Positions 25,180-34,426 of a DNA stretch of 48,861 bases are shown in pieces (within the stretch, counting starts at the first letter, position 1; every line of letters begins with the position of its first letter). The notes below the pieces were generated by a model. The model was not told the origin of the DNA. It saw only the letters and a list, made by a program, of their open reading frames with translations, and searched no databases. Source of the stretch: Minisyncoccota bacterium (lineage in GTDB: Bacteria > Patescibacteriota > Minisyncoccia > Phycocordibacterales > UBA9973); NCBI GenBank assembly GCA_031972685.1, contig DALYEI010000006.1:1-48861 (forward strand). Direction: 5' to 3'. The position numbers and the translations under genes are program-made.

Positions 25180-25251
25180 AGGCCTAGGCCGGAATCGAAC
25201 CGGCGTATAAGAGTTTTGCAGACTCTTGCCTTACCACTTGGCGACTAGGCC
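25180..25251 (-). tRNA. tRNA-Cys (anticodon GCA), U73 discriminator
   Basis: Acceptor GGCCTAG/CTAGGCC, anticodon stem-loop AGAGT-CTGCAAA-ACTCT, T-arm GCCGG-TTCGATT-CCGGC. Confidence 0.9.
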
Positions 25252-25275
25252 GAATTGTATCAACTACTCTTTATC

Positions 25276-25599
25276 TTACTTTTCTCTTAACAATTCGTCA
25301 ATTTTTTGTCTATTTTTTTCTCCTCTATCTATTTCTATATCAACAAAAGGTATGACTTTAATATTCATATTTTTCTTTAAATATTCTCGTAAATTTCCTC
25401 TTTGTCTCTTAGCAAAAAACAAAGCGTTTTCTTCTTTGGATTCTGGCATTACTGTAATAAATATTGTTGCTCTTTTAAAATCAGGAGAAACGTTGGTGTT
25501 AGTCACAGTAATTAGGGAAGTGTTATTATTTTCTCGAGCTAAAAAAGTAGCAGCTAATTCTTTGAGGATTTCTTTCATTTGTTCTTTTCTTTCTTTCAT
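25276..25599 (-). CDS. rbfA: Ribosome-binding factor A
   Basis: 107 aa immediately downstream of infB. RbfA-like pattern (ITVTNTNVSPDFKRATIFITV...LREYL). Confidence 0.75.
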   Translation of the reverse strand: MKERKEQMKEILKELAATFLARENNNTSLITVTNTNVSPDFKRATIFITVMPESKEENALFFAKRQRGNLREYLKKNMNIKVIPFVDIEIDRGEKNRQKIDELLREK

Positions 25600-25600
25600 A

Positions 25601-27103
25601 CTATTTTACTACAACTTTAAAAGTCTCAATAATATCATTTTGAGCAATTTCAATTTTTGATTCTATCATCATTCCAAATTCTCTGCCTTCTTCTACTATG
25701 CTTGTTTTAGTTTTATCTTTTTCTAAGTTAATGATTTTACCTCGTCCGATTTCCGCTTCGCGACGCATAATTCTAACTTGCCCAGAATGAATTTCACCAA
25801 CAACAACTTTGCCTCCTAAAACTTGGCGTTCTTTGGTTTTACTAAAAACCTTGAGAATTTTTGCTTGACCAGTAACTTCGGTGGTGGTGATTTTTGGTCT
25901 ACGATTTTCCATCTCTACTTCTAGCCATTCTGTCATTTTATAAATAATATCAAAAGTCATTATCTCTATATTCATTCTTTCTGCTAAAGATAAGGCATTA
26001 TTGTCAGCTTTAACATTAAATCCAATAACAATAGCATTCTCGTCAGAGATAGCGTTTTTAATATCTTTTTCTCCGATAATACCTTCACCTTTTTGAATTA
26101 TTTTAAAGCGCGCGTTAGCAACTTCGATTTTACTGATTTCTTTTTCTATAGCTTCTATGGAGCCTGAAGTATCCGCTTTTAATACTATAGGTATGATTTT
26201 CTTATCATTATTCAAATCTAGTTCTTTTACGTGTTTTTCAACTTCTACAACTTCTTCTTCAAAAGTAGTCATATCATTCTTTTTATGAAAGGCAATGAAC
26301 TCAGCCCCTACTTTAGGCATTTTATCAAAACCAATTAATCTAACTGGAGCTGAGAAGGTAGCTTCTTCTACGGCCTTACTTTTAAAATCTAAAAGTATAC
26401 GCACAGGGCAATGACTATCTCCTGCGAGTACCCACATACCTTTTTTAAGAGTACCGTTTTTAATAATCATTACTGCTTCGATACCGCGTTTTTGATCTAA
26501 ATTAGCTTCGATAATAAATCCAGTAGCTTCTTTCGTCATATCTCCTTTAAAATCTTCTAGATCTGAAACTATAGTTATCAGAGATAATAATTCTGGTACA
26601 TGAGTCCCAGCCTTAGCAGAAATTTCCACGAAGGGAATACTACCTCCGTAATTTTCGAGATAAACTCCGTGTTCGGAAAGTTCCATTTTAGTTTTCTCTA
26701 CATTAGCCCCGGGTTTATCTATTTTATTAATAGCAACAATTACTGGAATTTTTGCTTCCTCGATAGTTTTCCAAGCTTCAATAGTTTGAGGTTTTACTCC
26801 GTCTTCAGCTGATACTATTAAAATAGCGATATCAGCGATATTTGCACCTCTTTTACGCATTTTAGAAAAAGCAGCATGTCCCGGAGTATCAATAAAACTG
26901 ATTTTGCGATCTTTGCCGTTTTCATCTTTATGAATTATTTCATAAGCGCGAATATGTTGCGTAATACCTCCAGCTTCAGTATCAACAATATTTGTATTAC
27001 GAATATAATCAAGTAGGGTTGATTTACCATGATCTACGTGACCCATAATTACAACAACGGGTGGGCGAGTGATTATAGAATTTTCTTTGTTTGTTTTTGA
27101 CAT
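25601..27103 (-). CDS. infB: Translation initiation factor IF-2 (short form; starts at the G domain)
   Basis: 500 aa. G motifs GHVDHGKSTLLD, DTPGH and NKID, plus C-terminal IF2 domains. Confidence 0.93.
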   Translation of the reverse strand: MSKTNKENSIITRPPVVVIMGHVDHGKSTLLDYIRNTNIVDTEAGGITQHIRAYEIIHKDENGKDRKISFIDTPGHAAFSKMRKRGANIADIAILIVSAEDGVKPQTIEAWKTIEEAKIPVIVAINKIDKPGANVEKTKMELSEHGVYLENYGGSIPFVEISAKAGTHVPELLSLITIVSDLEDFKGDMTKEATGFIIEANLDQKRGIEAVMIIKNGTLKKGMWVLAGDSHCPVRILLDFKSKAVEEATFSAPVRLIGFDKMPKVGAEFIAFHKKNDMTTFEEEVVEVEKHVKELDLNNDKKIIPIVLKADTSGSIEAIEKEISKIEVANARFKIIQKGEGIIGEKDIKNAISDENAIVIGFNVKADNNALSLAERMNIEIMTFDIIYKMTEWLEVEMENRRPKITTTEVTGQAKILKVFSKTKERQVLGGKVVVGEIHSGQVRIMRREAEIGRGKIINLEKDKTKTSIVEEGREFGMMIESKIEIAQNDIIETFKVVVK

Positions 27104-27558
27104 TATACTTTTGATTTATTTATTACTTCGCGTTCTTCTTCTGTTAATTCATAGCTAGAAGTTCCTTTTTTAATAGGTTTAGCAAATATACTCATTCTTT
27201 CGCGTGCATATAAACTTGAAATTACTACTCCGTCTCCGTCTTCGTTTTGTATGCCGATAGCAAAGCTTTGATTACCACCTTGATCAGGGAAGGGATTAAA
27301 ACGAATCATTTCAAGTCCGCGAAGACTTTTTCTTAATTTTTGATTTACAACTATGAGTTCAGCTTCGATTTTATTTTTTGATAAATTTAGATTTTTGACT
27401 TCATCTTCTAAATGAATTAAAGTATCTTCTAAGTCTTTACCTTTTTTGCCTAAGAAAAAACGTTTGAGTCTTTTCTCAGTTTTAACAATCCAAAAGATAT
27501 TGCACAGAAGTACAATTAAGATTAAGATGAAAAAAACAATTTCGAGCTTGGAAATCAT
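27103..27558 (-). CDS. DUF4446-like single-TM protein
   Basis: 151 aa with an N-terminal TM and a coiled segment. RFNPFPDQGGNQSFAIGIQNEDGDGVVISSLYARE. The stop overlaps the infB start (TAATG). Confidence 0.55.
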   Translation of the reverse strand: MISKLEIVFFILILIVLLCNIFWIVKTEKRLKRFFLGKKGKDLEDTLIHLEDEVKNLNLSKNKIEAELIVVNQKLRKSLRGLEMIRFNPFPDQGGNQSFAIGIQNEDGDGVVISSLYARERMSIFAKPIKKGTSSYELTEEEREVINKSKV

Positions 27559-27603
27559 ACCATTCCAATATATACTATTTTTAGAGTTTTATCAAATTAA
27601 GAA

Positions 27604-28815
27604 ATGAAAATCAAAAATAAAAAAATTATATATTTAGATAATGCTTCTGCGACAGAAATCGATAAAGAAGTATTAAAAACAATTTCAAAATCTTTAAAAG
27701 AAGATTTTTATAATCCTAGTTCTATTTCAGAAGGAGGAATTTCAGTTAATGAAAAAATTAAAAACTCTAGAAATAAAATAGCTCAAATGTTCTCTAGTTT
27801 AGCTGATGAAATTTTCTTTACTAGTGGAGCAACTGAGTCAAATAATTTAGCTATTTTAGGTGCTCTAAATAATTTTCAAAATATTTTTACAAAACCTCAT
27901 ATCATTAGTACTAAAGTCGAGCACGCTTCAGTTTTAGAAGTTTTACTTACTTTAGAAAAAGAAAACAAAATAGAATTAAGCTTATTAGAAGTTGATCAAG
28001 AGGGGAATTTAGATATTAGGGAACTTAAGAAAAATTTAAAAGATAATACGATCTTAGTTTCTATTATGTATGCGAATAATGAAATTGGAACTATCTTTGA
28101 TATTAAAGAGATAGCGAAAACAATTCGTCATTTTCGAAAAAATAAAAAAGCAAATAATAATTCCCCTTATTTGCATACTGATGCGACTCAAGCTACGAAT
28201 TACCTCAATATGAATGTTATAAGTTTGGGCATAGATTTATTATCTCTCAATGCGGGGAAGATATACGGTCCAAAAGGAATAGGAATTTTATACAAAAAAA
28301 GAAATATAGAAATTGGAGCTGTATTTAAAGGGGGAGACCAAGAAGAAGGGTTAAGACCGGGAACTTTGAATGCTCCTTTGATTTTAGGATTTGAAAAAGC
28401 TTTAGAAATTACTAATAAAATTAAAGAAAAAGAAGTAATTAGACTGACAAAACTCAGAAATCAATTTTATTTAAAATTAAAAAAAGTATTTCAAAAGCAT
28501 GATATAGAAATTCGATTAAATGGTAGCTTAGAGGAACGCTTGCCTAATAATTTAAATATCTCAATATCTAAAATTCCAAGTGATTTATTTTTAGTTGAAT
28601 TATCTATGAGAGGAATATATCTTTCTGAAAAAAGTGCTTGCAAAACCGGCGAAAAGAAAAGCTCTCATGTTTTAAATGCATTATATAAAGAACAAAATTC
28701 TCAAAATGAAAGCTTGCGTTTTTCTTTAGGTAGAGCAACTAAAAAAGAAGATTTAAATTTTGTAATACAATCTATAGATGAAATTCTAAAAAAATTAAAA
28801 TCTTGGTATCTTTAA
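27604..28815 (+). CDS. Cysteine desulfurase (class V aminotransferase, NifS/IscS-like)
   Basis: 403 aa. TSGATESNN, PLP-Lys region SLNAGKIYGPKGIGILY, and catalytic-Cys loop SEKSACKTGEKKSSHVL. Confidence 0.8.
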   Translation: MKIKNKKIIYLDNASATEIDKEVLKTISKSLKEDFYNPSSISEGGISVNEKIKNSRNKIAQMFSSLADEIFFTSGATESNNLAILGALNNFQNIFTKPHIISTKVEHASVLEVLLTLEKENKIELSLLEVDQEGNLDIRELKKNLKDNTILVSIMYANNEIGTIFDIKEIAKTIRHFRKNKKANNNSPYLHTDATQATNYLNMNVISLGIDLLSLNAGKIYGPKGIGILYKKRNIEIGAVFKGGDQEEGLRPGTLNAPLILGFEKALEITNKIKEKEVIRLTKLRNQFYLKLKKVFQKHDIEIRLNGSLEERLPNNLNISISKIPSDLFLVELSMRGIYLSEKSACKTGEKKSSHVLNALYKEQNSQNESLRFSLGRATKKEDLNFVIQSIDEILKKLKSWYL

Positions 28816-28834
28816 AAAAACTTGACTTTTATGC

Positions 28835-28840
28835 TATAAT
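28835..28840 (+). promoter_or_regulatory. -10 hexamer TATAAT, 6 nt before ATG 28847
   Basis: TATAAT-caaagc-ATG. Confidence 0.55.
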
Positions 28841-28846
28841 CAAAGC

Positions 28847-29212
28847 ATGGATATAAAAGATTTAAACAAAGGGCAATTTATATTACTTATGATATTAGTT
28901 TGTTTTGTTGTTTCTATTGCGACTAGTATTACTACTTATTCTCTGATATCAGAAGCACCGGAAAGTGTTAAAAGACCAATAACTCAAGTTGTGCAAAGAA
29001 CCGTAGAACGTATAGTCGAAGTTCCTCAAGGAGAAACTTTGTCAAAAGACGAATTAGAGTTGATTGAAGATTTGAAGGCTTTAAAACCACTTATCGATAA
29101 ATTAGCTAAAGAAGAAAATACAGATACTACAACTACCACAACTAATCCCGAGAATTCAAATACAAATACAACAAACGAAAATCCTACAGAAAACCCAATC
29201 CCAAATCCATAA
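28847..29212 (+). CDS. Single-TM protein with Thr/Asn-rich C-terminal tail, unknown function
   Basis: 121 aa with one TM (FILLMILVCFVVSIATSITTY) and a low-complexity TDTTTTTTNPENSNTNTTNENP tail. Confidence 0.45.
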   Translation: MDIKDLNKGQFILLMILVCFVVSIATSITTYSLISEAPESVKRPITQVVQRTVERIVEVPQGETLSKDELELIEDLKALKPLIDKLAKEENTDTTTTTTNPENSNTNTTNENPTENPIPNP

Positions 29213-29230
29213 TTTTAATAAATAATTAAT

Positions 29231-29236
29231 TATAAA
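29231..29236 (+). promoter_or_regulatory. -10-like TATAAA, 6 nt before clpB ATG
   Basis: TATAAA-actcat-ATG(29243). Confidence 0.45.
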
Positions 29237-29242
29237 ACTCAT

Positions 29243-31927
29243 ATGCCACCACTAAATAAATTCACAACAAAAGCAAAAGAAACTATTAAGAAAGCACATG
29301 AGCTCGCTATTGAAAGAGGACAAAATCATGTGTCTGCAATGCATTTACTCGCAGCTCTAATCTTGCAAGAAGAAAGTATGGTTAATTCTATTTTAGATAA
29401 AATGGAAATTGATACTATGTTACTTACTGACTCAGTTTTAGAAGCAATTGAATTACCGGAACGCGATACTACCTTATCTCCTTCATATCAAATTTATCTT
29501 AACCCTGATTTAGCTCAAACTATAGAGCATTCTTTGGCCGTTGCAGTTTTTACTAAAGATGAATTTGTTTCTACGGAACATTTGTTTATAGCACTTATCG
29601 ACGTAGAGAGTGATGCGAAAACCTTACTAATGAAATTTAAAATCACTAAAGAAAAAGTTTTTGAAATTTTAAATGAATTAAAAGATCAAAATATTAGCGA
29701 AGGTCCTAAAAAGATGAAAATGATTTTAAAATATACTCGTAATCTAACTCGTCTTGCTCGCGAAGATAAACTTGATCCGGTAATCGGACGTGATAGTGAG
29801 ATTATGCGTATTATGCAAATTCTTTCTCGTCGTACTAAAAATAATCCTATCTTGATAGGGGAAGCGGGAACTGGTAAAACTGCTGTGGTAGAAGGTTTAG
29901 CTGAACGTATTGCCAAAGGCACTGCTCCGGAATCCCTGCGAGATAAAGAAGTAGTTTCGCTAGATCTCGGTATGCTTATTGCTGGAACTAAATATAGAGG
30001 AGAATTTGAAGAAAGATTAAAGGGTATAATGAAAGAAATTGAAAAGACTGATGGTAAAGTTATACTTTTTATTGACGAAATTCATACTATTGTCGGAGCT
30101 GGAGGATCTGAGGGAACGCTTGACGCATCTAATATGCTTAAACCGGCACTTGCTCGAGGTGAGCTTCGTGCAATAGGTGCTACTACTCTCAAAGAATATC
30201 AAAAATATATAGAGCGTGATCCAGCTCTTGCGAGACGTTTTCAGCCTGTATATATTGATGAACCCAATATTGAAGATGCTATTACTATACTTCGTGGACT
30301 TAAAGAACGTTACGAACTTTTTCATGGAGTTCGAATTACTGATGATGCAATAGTGAGTGCGGTTAATCTTTCATCTCGATATATAACTAATCGTTTCTTA
30401 CCTGATAAAGCAGTAGACTTGATAGATGAAGCTTCATCTTCATTAAAAATTTCTTTAGAGAATAAGCCAGCGATTTTAGAAGAAGCTCATAGGAAAATAA
30501 TGCGTCTTGAAATCGAGCGCGAAGCTTTAAATAAAGAAATTTCAATTATTGAAACTCCAAAAGAAAAAATTAAAGAAGAAAAAACTCGTATCAAAGAAAT
30601 CGAACGTGAAATAGCAAATCTCAACGAAAAAACTAAAGAGATAGAATTAAAATGGCAAAATGAAAGAAATATTGTTATGGAAATTCGTCAGATTAAAAAG
30701 GATTTAGAAACTTTGCGCGTAGATGCTGAAAATGCAGAAATGCAAACTGATTTATCTAAAGCTGCTGAAATTAGGTATGGCAAAATTCCAACCTTGAAAA
30801 AAGAATTAGATACGAAACTTGCTCGTTTAAAGAAATTGCAAAAATCCCGTAGAATTCTCAAAGAAGAAATTACTGAAGAAGATATAGCGAGCGTAGTTGC
30901 ACGTTGGACTGGTATACCAGTTTCAAAAATGCTTGAAGAAGAAAGAGAAAAGTTAGGCAAAATGGAAGAAGAACTCGCTCAAAGAATCATTGGTCAAAAC
31001 GATGCTGTCAAAAGAGTGGCTGAAGTTATCAAACGTTCGAAAGCTGGGATTTCGGATCCTAATCGTCCGATTGGATCTTTTATATTCTTAGGTCCAACAG
31101 GAGTAGGTAAAACTGAGCTTACTAAAGCTTTAGCAGAAATTATGTGGAATGATGAGAAAGCAATTATTCGAGTTGATATGTCTGAGTATATGGAGCGTCA
31201 TAGTGTTTCTAAACTCGTAGGTTCACCTCCAGGTTACGTAGGTTATGATGAAGCTGGACAATTAACCGAAGCTGTACGTCATCGCCCGTATTCAATAATT
31301 TTATTTGATGAAATTGAAAAAGCTCATCCTGAAGTTTTCAATATTTTACTTCAAGTACTCGATGAAGGACGTATGACAGACGGCAAGGGTAGAGTAGTGA
31401 ATTTCAAAAATACTATAATCATAATGACTTCAAATATCGGTTCGCAATTTATTGAAAAGATGGAGTCTATCGGATTTTCAAATACAACTGAAAAAGAAGA
31501 TTATATTAATGTCAAAGATAGAGTTATGGAAAGCTTGAAAGATCATTTCCGTCCTGAATTCTTAAATCGTATCGATGAGATAGTTTTATTCGATATTCTT
31601 TCTAAAGAAGCAATTTTAGAAATTGTAAATCTAAGAATTAAAGTTGTAAAAGAGAGAATTGAAAATAAAGGAATTCATTTCGAAATCACTAAAGATGCTT
31701 TAGAATATCTCGCTCTCGAAGGTTATAATCCGCATTATGGAGCGAGACCCTTAAATAGGCTTATTCAAAATAAAATCTTAAATCCTTTAGCTAATTTGAT
31801 GATTAGTAACAACCTCCGTAAAGGTGATAGCGTTATAATTAATGCTAAAAATAATGAATTAATAATTACTCCAAAAAAAGGAAAAGTAAAAAGTAATCTC
31901 AAAATAAAAAGTAAGATAAAAGTCTAA
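29243..31927 (+). CDS. clpB: ATP-dependent chaperone/disaggregase ClpB
   Basis: 894 aa: Clp N-domain repeats, two AAA+ modules ([18 protein letters not shown]) and a long coiled-coil M-domain between them. Confidence 0.95.
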   Translation: MPPLNKFTTKAKETIKKAHELAIERGQNHVSAMHLLAALILQEESMVNSILDKMEIDTMLLTDSVLEAIELPERDTTLSPSYQIYLNPDLAQTIEHSLAVAVFTKDEFVSTEHLFIALIDVESDAKTLLMKFKITKEKVFEILNELKDQNISEGPKKMKMILKYTRNLTRLAREDKLDPVIGRDSEIMRIMQILSRRTKNNPILIGEAGTGKTAVVEGLAERIAKGTAPESLRDKEVVSLDLGMLIAGTKYRGEFEERLKGIMKEIEKTDGKVILFIDEIHTIVGAGGSEGTLDASNMLKPALARGELRAIGATTLKEYQKYIERDPALARRFQPVYIDEPNIEDAITILRGLKERYELFHGVRITDDAIVSAVNLSSRYITNRFLPDKAVDLIDEASSSLKISLENKPAILEEAHRKIMRLEIEREALNKEISIIETPKEKIKEEKTRIKEIEREIANLNEKTKEIELKWQNERNIVMEIRQIKKDLETLRVDAENAEMQTDLSKAAEIRYGKIPTLKKELDTKLARLKKLQKSRRILKEEITEEDIASVVARWTGIPVSKMLEEEREKLGKMEEELAQRIIGQNDAVKRVAEVIKRSKAGISDPNRPIGSFIFLGPTGVGKTELTKALAEIMWNDEKAIIRVDMSEYMERHSVSKLVGSPPGYVGYDEAGQLTEAVRHRPYSIILFDEIEKAHPEVFNILLQVLDEGRMTDGKGRVVNFKNTIIIMTSNIGSQFIEKMESIGFSNTTEKEDYINVKDRVMESLKDHFRPEFLNRIDEIVLFDILSKEAILEIVNLRIKVVKERIENKGIHFEITKDALEYLALEGYNPHYGARPLNRLIQNKILNPLANLMISNNLRKGDSVIINAKNNELIITPKKGKVKSNLKIKSKIKV

Positions 31928-31930
31928 ATT

Positions 31931-31966
31931 AAATCCCACAGATATAACCTGTGGGATTTAATTTTA
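31931..31966 (+). terminator. Terminator after clpB
   Basis: AAATCCCACAG-ATATAAC-CTGTGGGATTT followed by a T-rich run. Confidence 0.75.
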
Positions 31967-32013
31967 AAAAGATGCAAAAAAAATAAATTTATGTTATTTT
32001 ATATATTGTAATT

Positions 32014-32097
32014 GCGTCGGTGGTAGAGTGGTCAATTACAACAGACTGTAAATCTGTCGGGCTTTGCCCTACGAAGGTTCGAATCCTTCCCGGCGCA
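32014..32097 (+). tRNA. tRNA-Tyr (anticodon GTA), long variable arm, no encoded CCA
   Basis: Acceptor GCGTCGG/CCGGCGC (one G-U), anticodon stem-loop ACAGA-CTGTAAA-TCTGT, T-arm GAAGG-TTCGAAT-CCTTC. Confidence 0.9.
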
Positions 32098-32105
32098 CTA
32101 TAGTA

Positions 32106-32135
32106 TTGACTTAGTATTAATATCCGTGGTATTAT
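32106..32135 (+). promoter_or_regulatory. Sigma70-type promoter TTGACT-18 nt-TATTAT
   Basis: TTGACT at 32106-32111 and TATTAT at 32130-32135. Confidence 0.55.
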
Positions 32136-32186
32136 CCAAAACGAATAGGTCTTCAAATTTTTTCAAAATTTTTAAAAATTTTAAAA

Positions 32187-32396
32187 ATGAAAGCTACAAG
32201 TTTATTTTTTAGATTATGGGATTATACCATAATCAAGTTTTTATTCTTTGTTTTTTTAATTCATATCAATTATACAAAATTAGTTGATTTGAATCCGTAT
32301 TTTGTTTTTTTGATTATACCGATTGTAATTTTTGCAATTATATGTTTTCAAAAAGATGAAATTAAAAAACAAAAATTAAAAAATAAAAATTTATGA
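32187..32396 (+). CDS. Small hydrophobic two-TM protein, unknown function (only ORF here ending in TGA)
   Basis: 69-aa ORF between a consensus-like promoter and terminators. Two hydrophobic helices and a Lys-rich tail. Confidence 0.35.
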   Translation: MKATSLFFRLWDYTIIKFLFFVFLIHINYTKLVDLNPYFVFLIIPIVIFAIICFQKDEIKKQKLKNKNL

Positions 32397-32501
32397 ATTT
32401 CATTTGTTCTGAATAAGAGGCTGTTTGATTTTTTTACTCATTCGGCCTCTTTTATTTTGTATTTTTTTAAAAGTGTGTTATTATATTTATATTAGATTTG
32501 T

Positions 32502-32527
32502 AACTCTTTCTGAAGAGTTTTTTTATT
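32502..32527 (+). terminator. Rho-independent terminator upstream of typA
   Basis: AACTCTT-TCTG-AAGAGTT followed by TTTTTTTATTT. Confidence 0.7.
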
Positions 32528-32552
32528 TAAATTATTAATTAAATTTTTTTAT

Positions 32553-34370
32553 ATGGATATTAGAAATATTGCGATTATTGCTCACGTGGACCATGGTAAG
32601 ACTACTCTTACTGATGCGCTTATGAAGCAAAACGGTATAGTTTTAGATGAAGGAGTTTCTATGGACTCAAATGCTCTAGAAAAAGAGCGAGGTATTACGA
32701 TTTATGCAAAGAATACTTCTATTTATTACAAAGATACAAAAATTAATATCGTAGATACTCCAGGTCACGCGGATTTCGGTTCTGAAGTAGAGCGCGTACT
32801 TCGCGCTATTGATTCAGTTTTACTTCTTGTAGATGCTGTAGAAGGACCGATGCCTCAAACTCGTTTCGTACTTAAGAAGTCTCTAGAACTCGGACTAAAG
32901 CCTATTGTAGTTATTAATAAGATAGATAAACCTGCAGCCGATATCGCTCGTGTACACGATGAAATTTTAGAATTGTTTTTGGAGCTTGGAGCAAACGATG
33001 AACAAACTGATTTCAAAACTATTTATGCTATTGGACGTGAAGGTAAGGCTTTTAAAAATGTAGGTGATGATTCAAATGATCTTTCTCCATTACTTGATCT
33101 TATTTTAGATATAGTTCCTGTTGCTTCAGGAGATAAAGAAGGTAAACTACAAGCTCAAGTTTTTAACCTAGCTTATGATAATTTCTTGGGAAGAATGGCT
33201 ATTTGTAGAGTATATGAAGGTAGTATTAAAAATGCTAGCTCATTAATAGTAAAAGGAGAGAACGGTTCTCGTAATGGTAAAATCACTAAACTTTTTACTT
33301 TTGAAGGTACTATTCGTAAAGAAGTACAAAGTGCAAGTAGAGGAGATATTGTGATGATTGCTGGAATACCTGATATTTTTATCGGAGAGACTTTGTGTTT
33401 TGATGAGAGTGTGGAATCTTTGCCTCATATTGCTATTGATGAACCAACTTTGTCGCTTAACTTTTTAGTTAATGATTCTCCATTTGCAGGTAAAGAAGGT
33501 AAATTCGTAACTAGTCGTCAAATCAAAGAAAGATTAGAAAAAGAATTAGAAATTAACGTAGGACTTAAGGTAGATTTTTCTCCTGATCAAGGTGAAGATA
33601 AATCAGGTCCAAGCTTCTTTAAGGTTTACGGACGAGGAGAACTTCATGTTGCAGTTTTACTTGAAAATATGCGTCGCGAAGGTTTCGAGATGCAAGTTTC
33701 TCAACCTGAAGTAATTATTAAAGTTGATGCACAAGGTAATAAAACTGAACCTTACGAAGAATTAGTGATTGATGTTCCTACTATATCATCTGGAACTGTA
33801 ATTGAAAAAATCGGTAAAAGAAAAGGAATTATGAAAGATATGCAAGATAAAGATGGAATTGCTAGAATTATTTTTGAAATTCCTACTCGTGGATTACTTG
33901 GATATCGCGGTGAGTTTATAATCGATACAAAAGGAGAGGGAATTATGTCTTCTCGTTTTAGTAGCTTTAAAGAATATGCTGGAGAAATCAAGAAAAGAGA
34001 ATACGGATCTATGACTTCGATGATAGCTGGTAAAGCAGTTGCTTTTGCACTTGCTAATTTACAAGAACGTGGTATATTATATATAGATCATGGTACAGAA
34101 GTTTACGAAGGTATGGTAATTGGTAACGTTTTAAAAGGGGAAGACATGTCAGTTAACCCTATAAAAGGTAAACAACTTACAAATATGCGTGCTTCTGGTA
34201 CTGATGAAATGATTGTGTTAAAACCTGCTTTCGTGCTCAGCATTGAACGCGGATTAGAAGTAATGGGTATGGATGAGTATTTAGAAATAACTCCGAAATC
34301 AGTTAGACTTCGCAAGAAGTTCTTGACTGAAAACGATAGAAATAAAGCTTTACGTACCAAAAACAATTAA
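32553..34370 (+). CDS. typA: Translational GTPase TypA/BipA
   Basis: 605 aa. IAIIAHVDHGKTTLTD, DTPGHADF, NKIDKP, and EF-G-like domains without domain IV. Confidence 0.93.
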   Translation: MDIRNIAIIAHVDHGKTTLTDALMKQNGIVLDEGVSMDSNALEKERGITIYAKNTSIYYKDTKINIVDTPGHADFGSEVERVLRAIDSVLLLVDAVEGPMPQTRFVLKKSLELGLKPIVVINKIDKPAADIARVHDEILELFLELGANDEQTDFKTIYAIGREGKAFKNVGDDSNDLSPLLDLILDIVPVASGDKEGKLQAQVFNLAYDNFLGRMAICRVYEGSIKNASSLIVKGENGSRNGKITKLFTFEGTIRKEVQSASRGDIVMIAGIPDIFIGETLCFDESVESLPHIAIDEPTLSLNFLVNDSPFAGKEGKFVTSRQIKERLEKELEINVGLKVDFSPDQGEDKSGPSFFKVYGRGELHVAVLLENMRREGFEMQVSQPEVIIKVDAQGNKTEPYEELVIDVPTISSGTVIEKIGKRKGIMKDMQDKDGIARIIFEIPTRGLLGYRGEFIIDTKGEGIMSSRFSSFKEYAGEIKKREYGSMTSMIAGKAVAFALANLQERGILYIDHGTEVYEGMVIGNVLKGEDMSVNPIKGKQLTNMRASGTDEMIVLKPAFVLSIERGLEVMGMDEYLEITPKSVRLRKKFLTENDRNKALRTKNN

Positions 34371-34373
34371 TTC

Positions 34374-34402
34374 TTGACATTATCATAAAAATAAGGTATA
34401 TT
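34374..34402 (+). promoter_or_regulatory. Sigma70-type promoter TTGACA-17 nt-TATATT
   Basis: TTGACA at 34374-34379 and TATATT at 34397-34402. Predicts a leader of about 18 nt, AU-rich, with no SD. Confidence 0.65.
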
Positions 34403-34426
34403 AAAACTATTAATTAACAAAAATTT

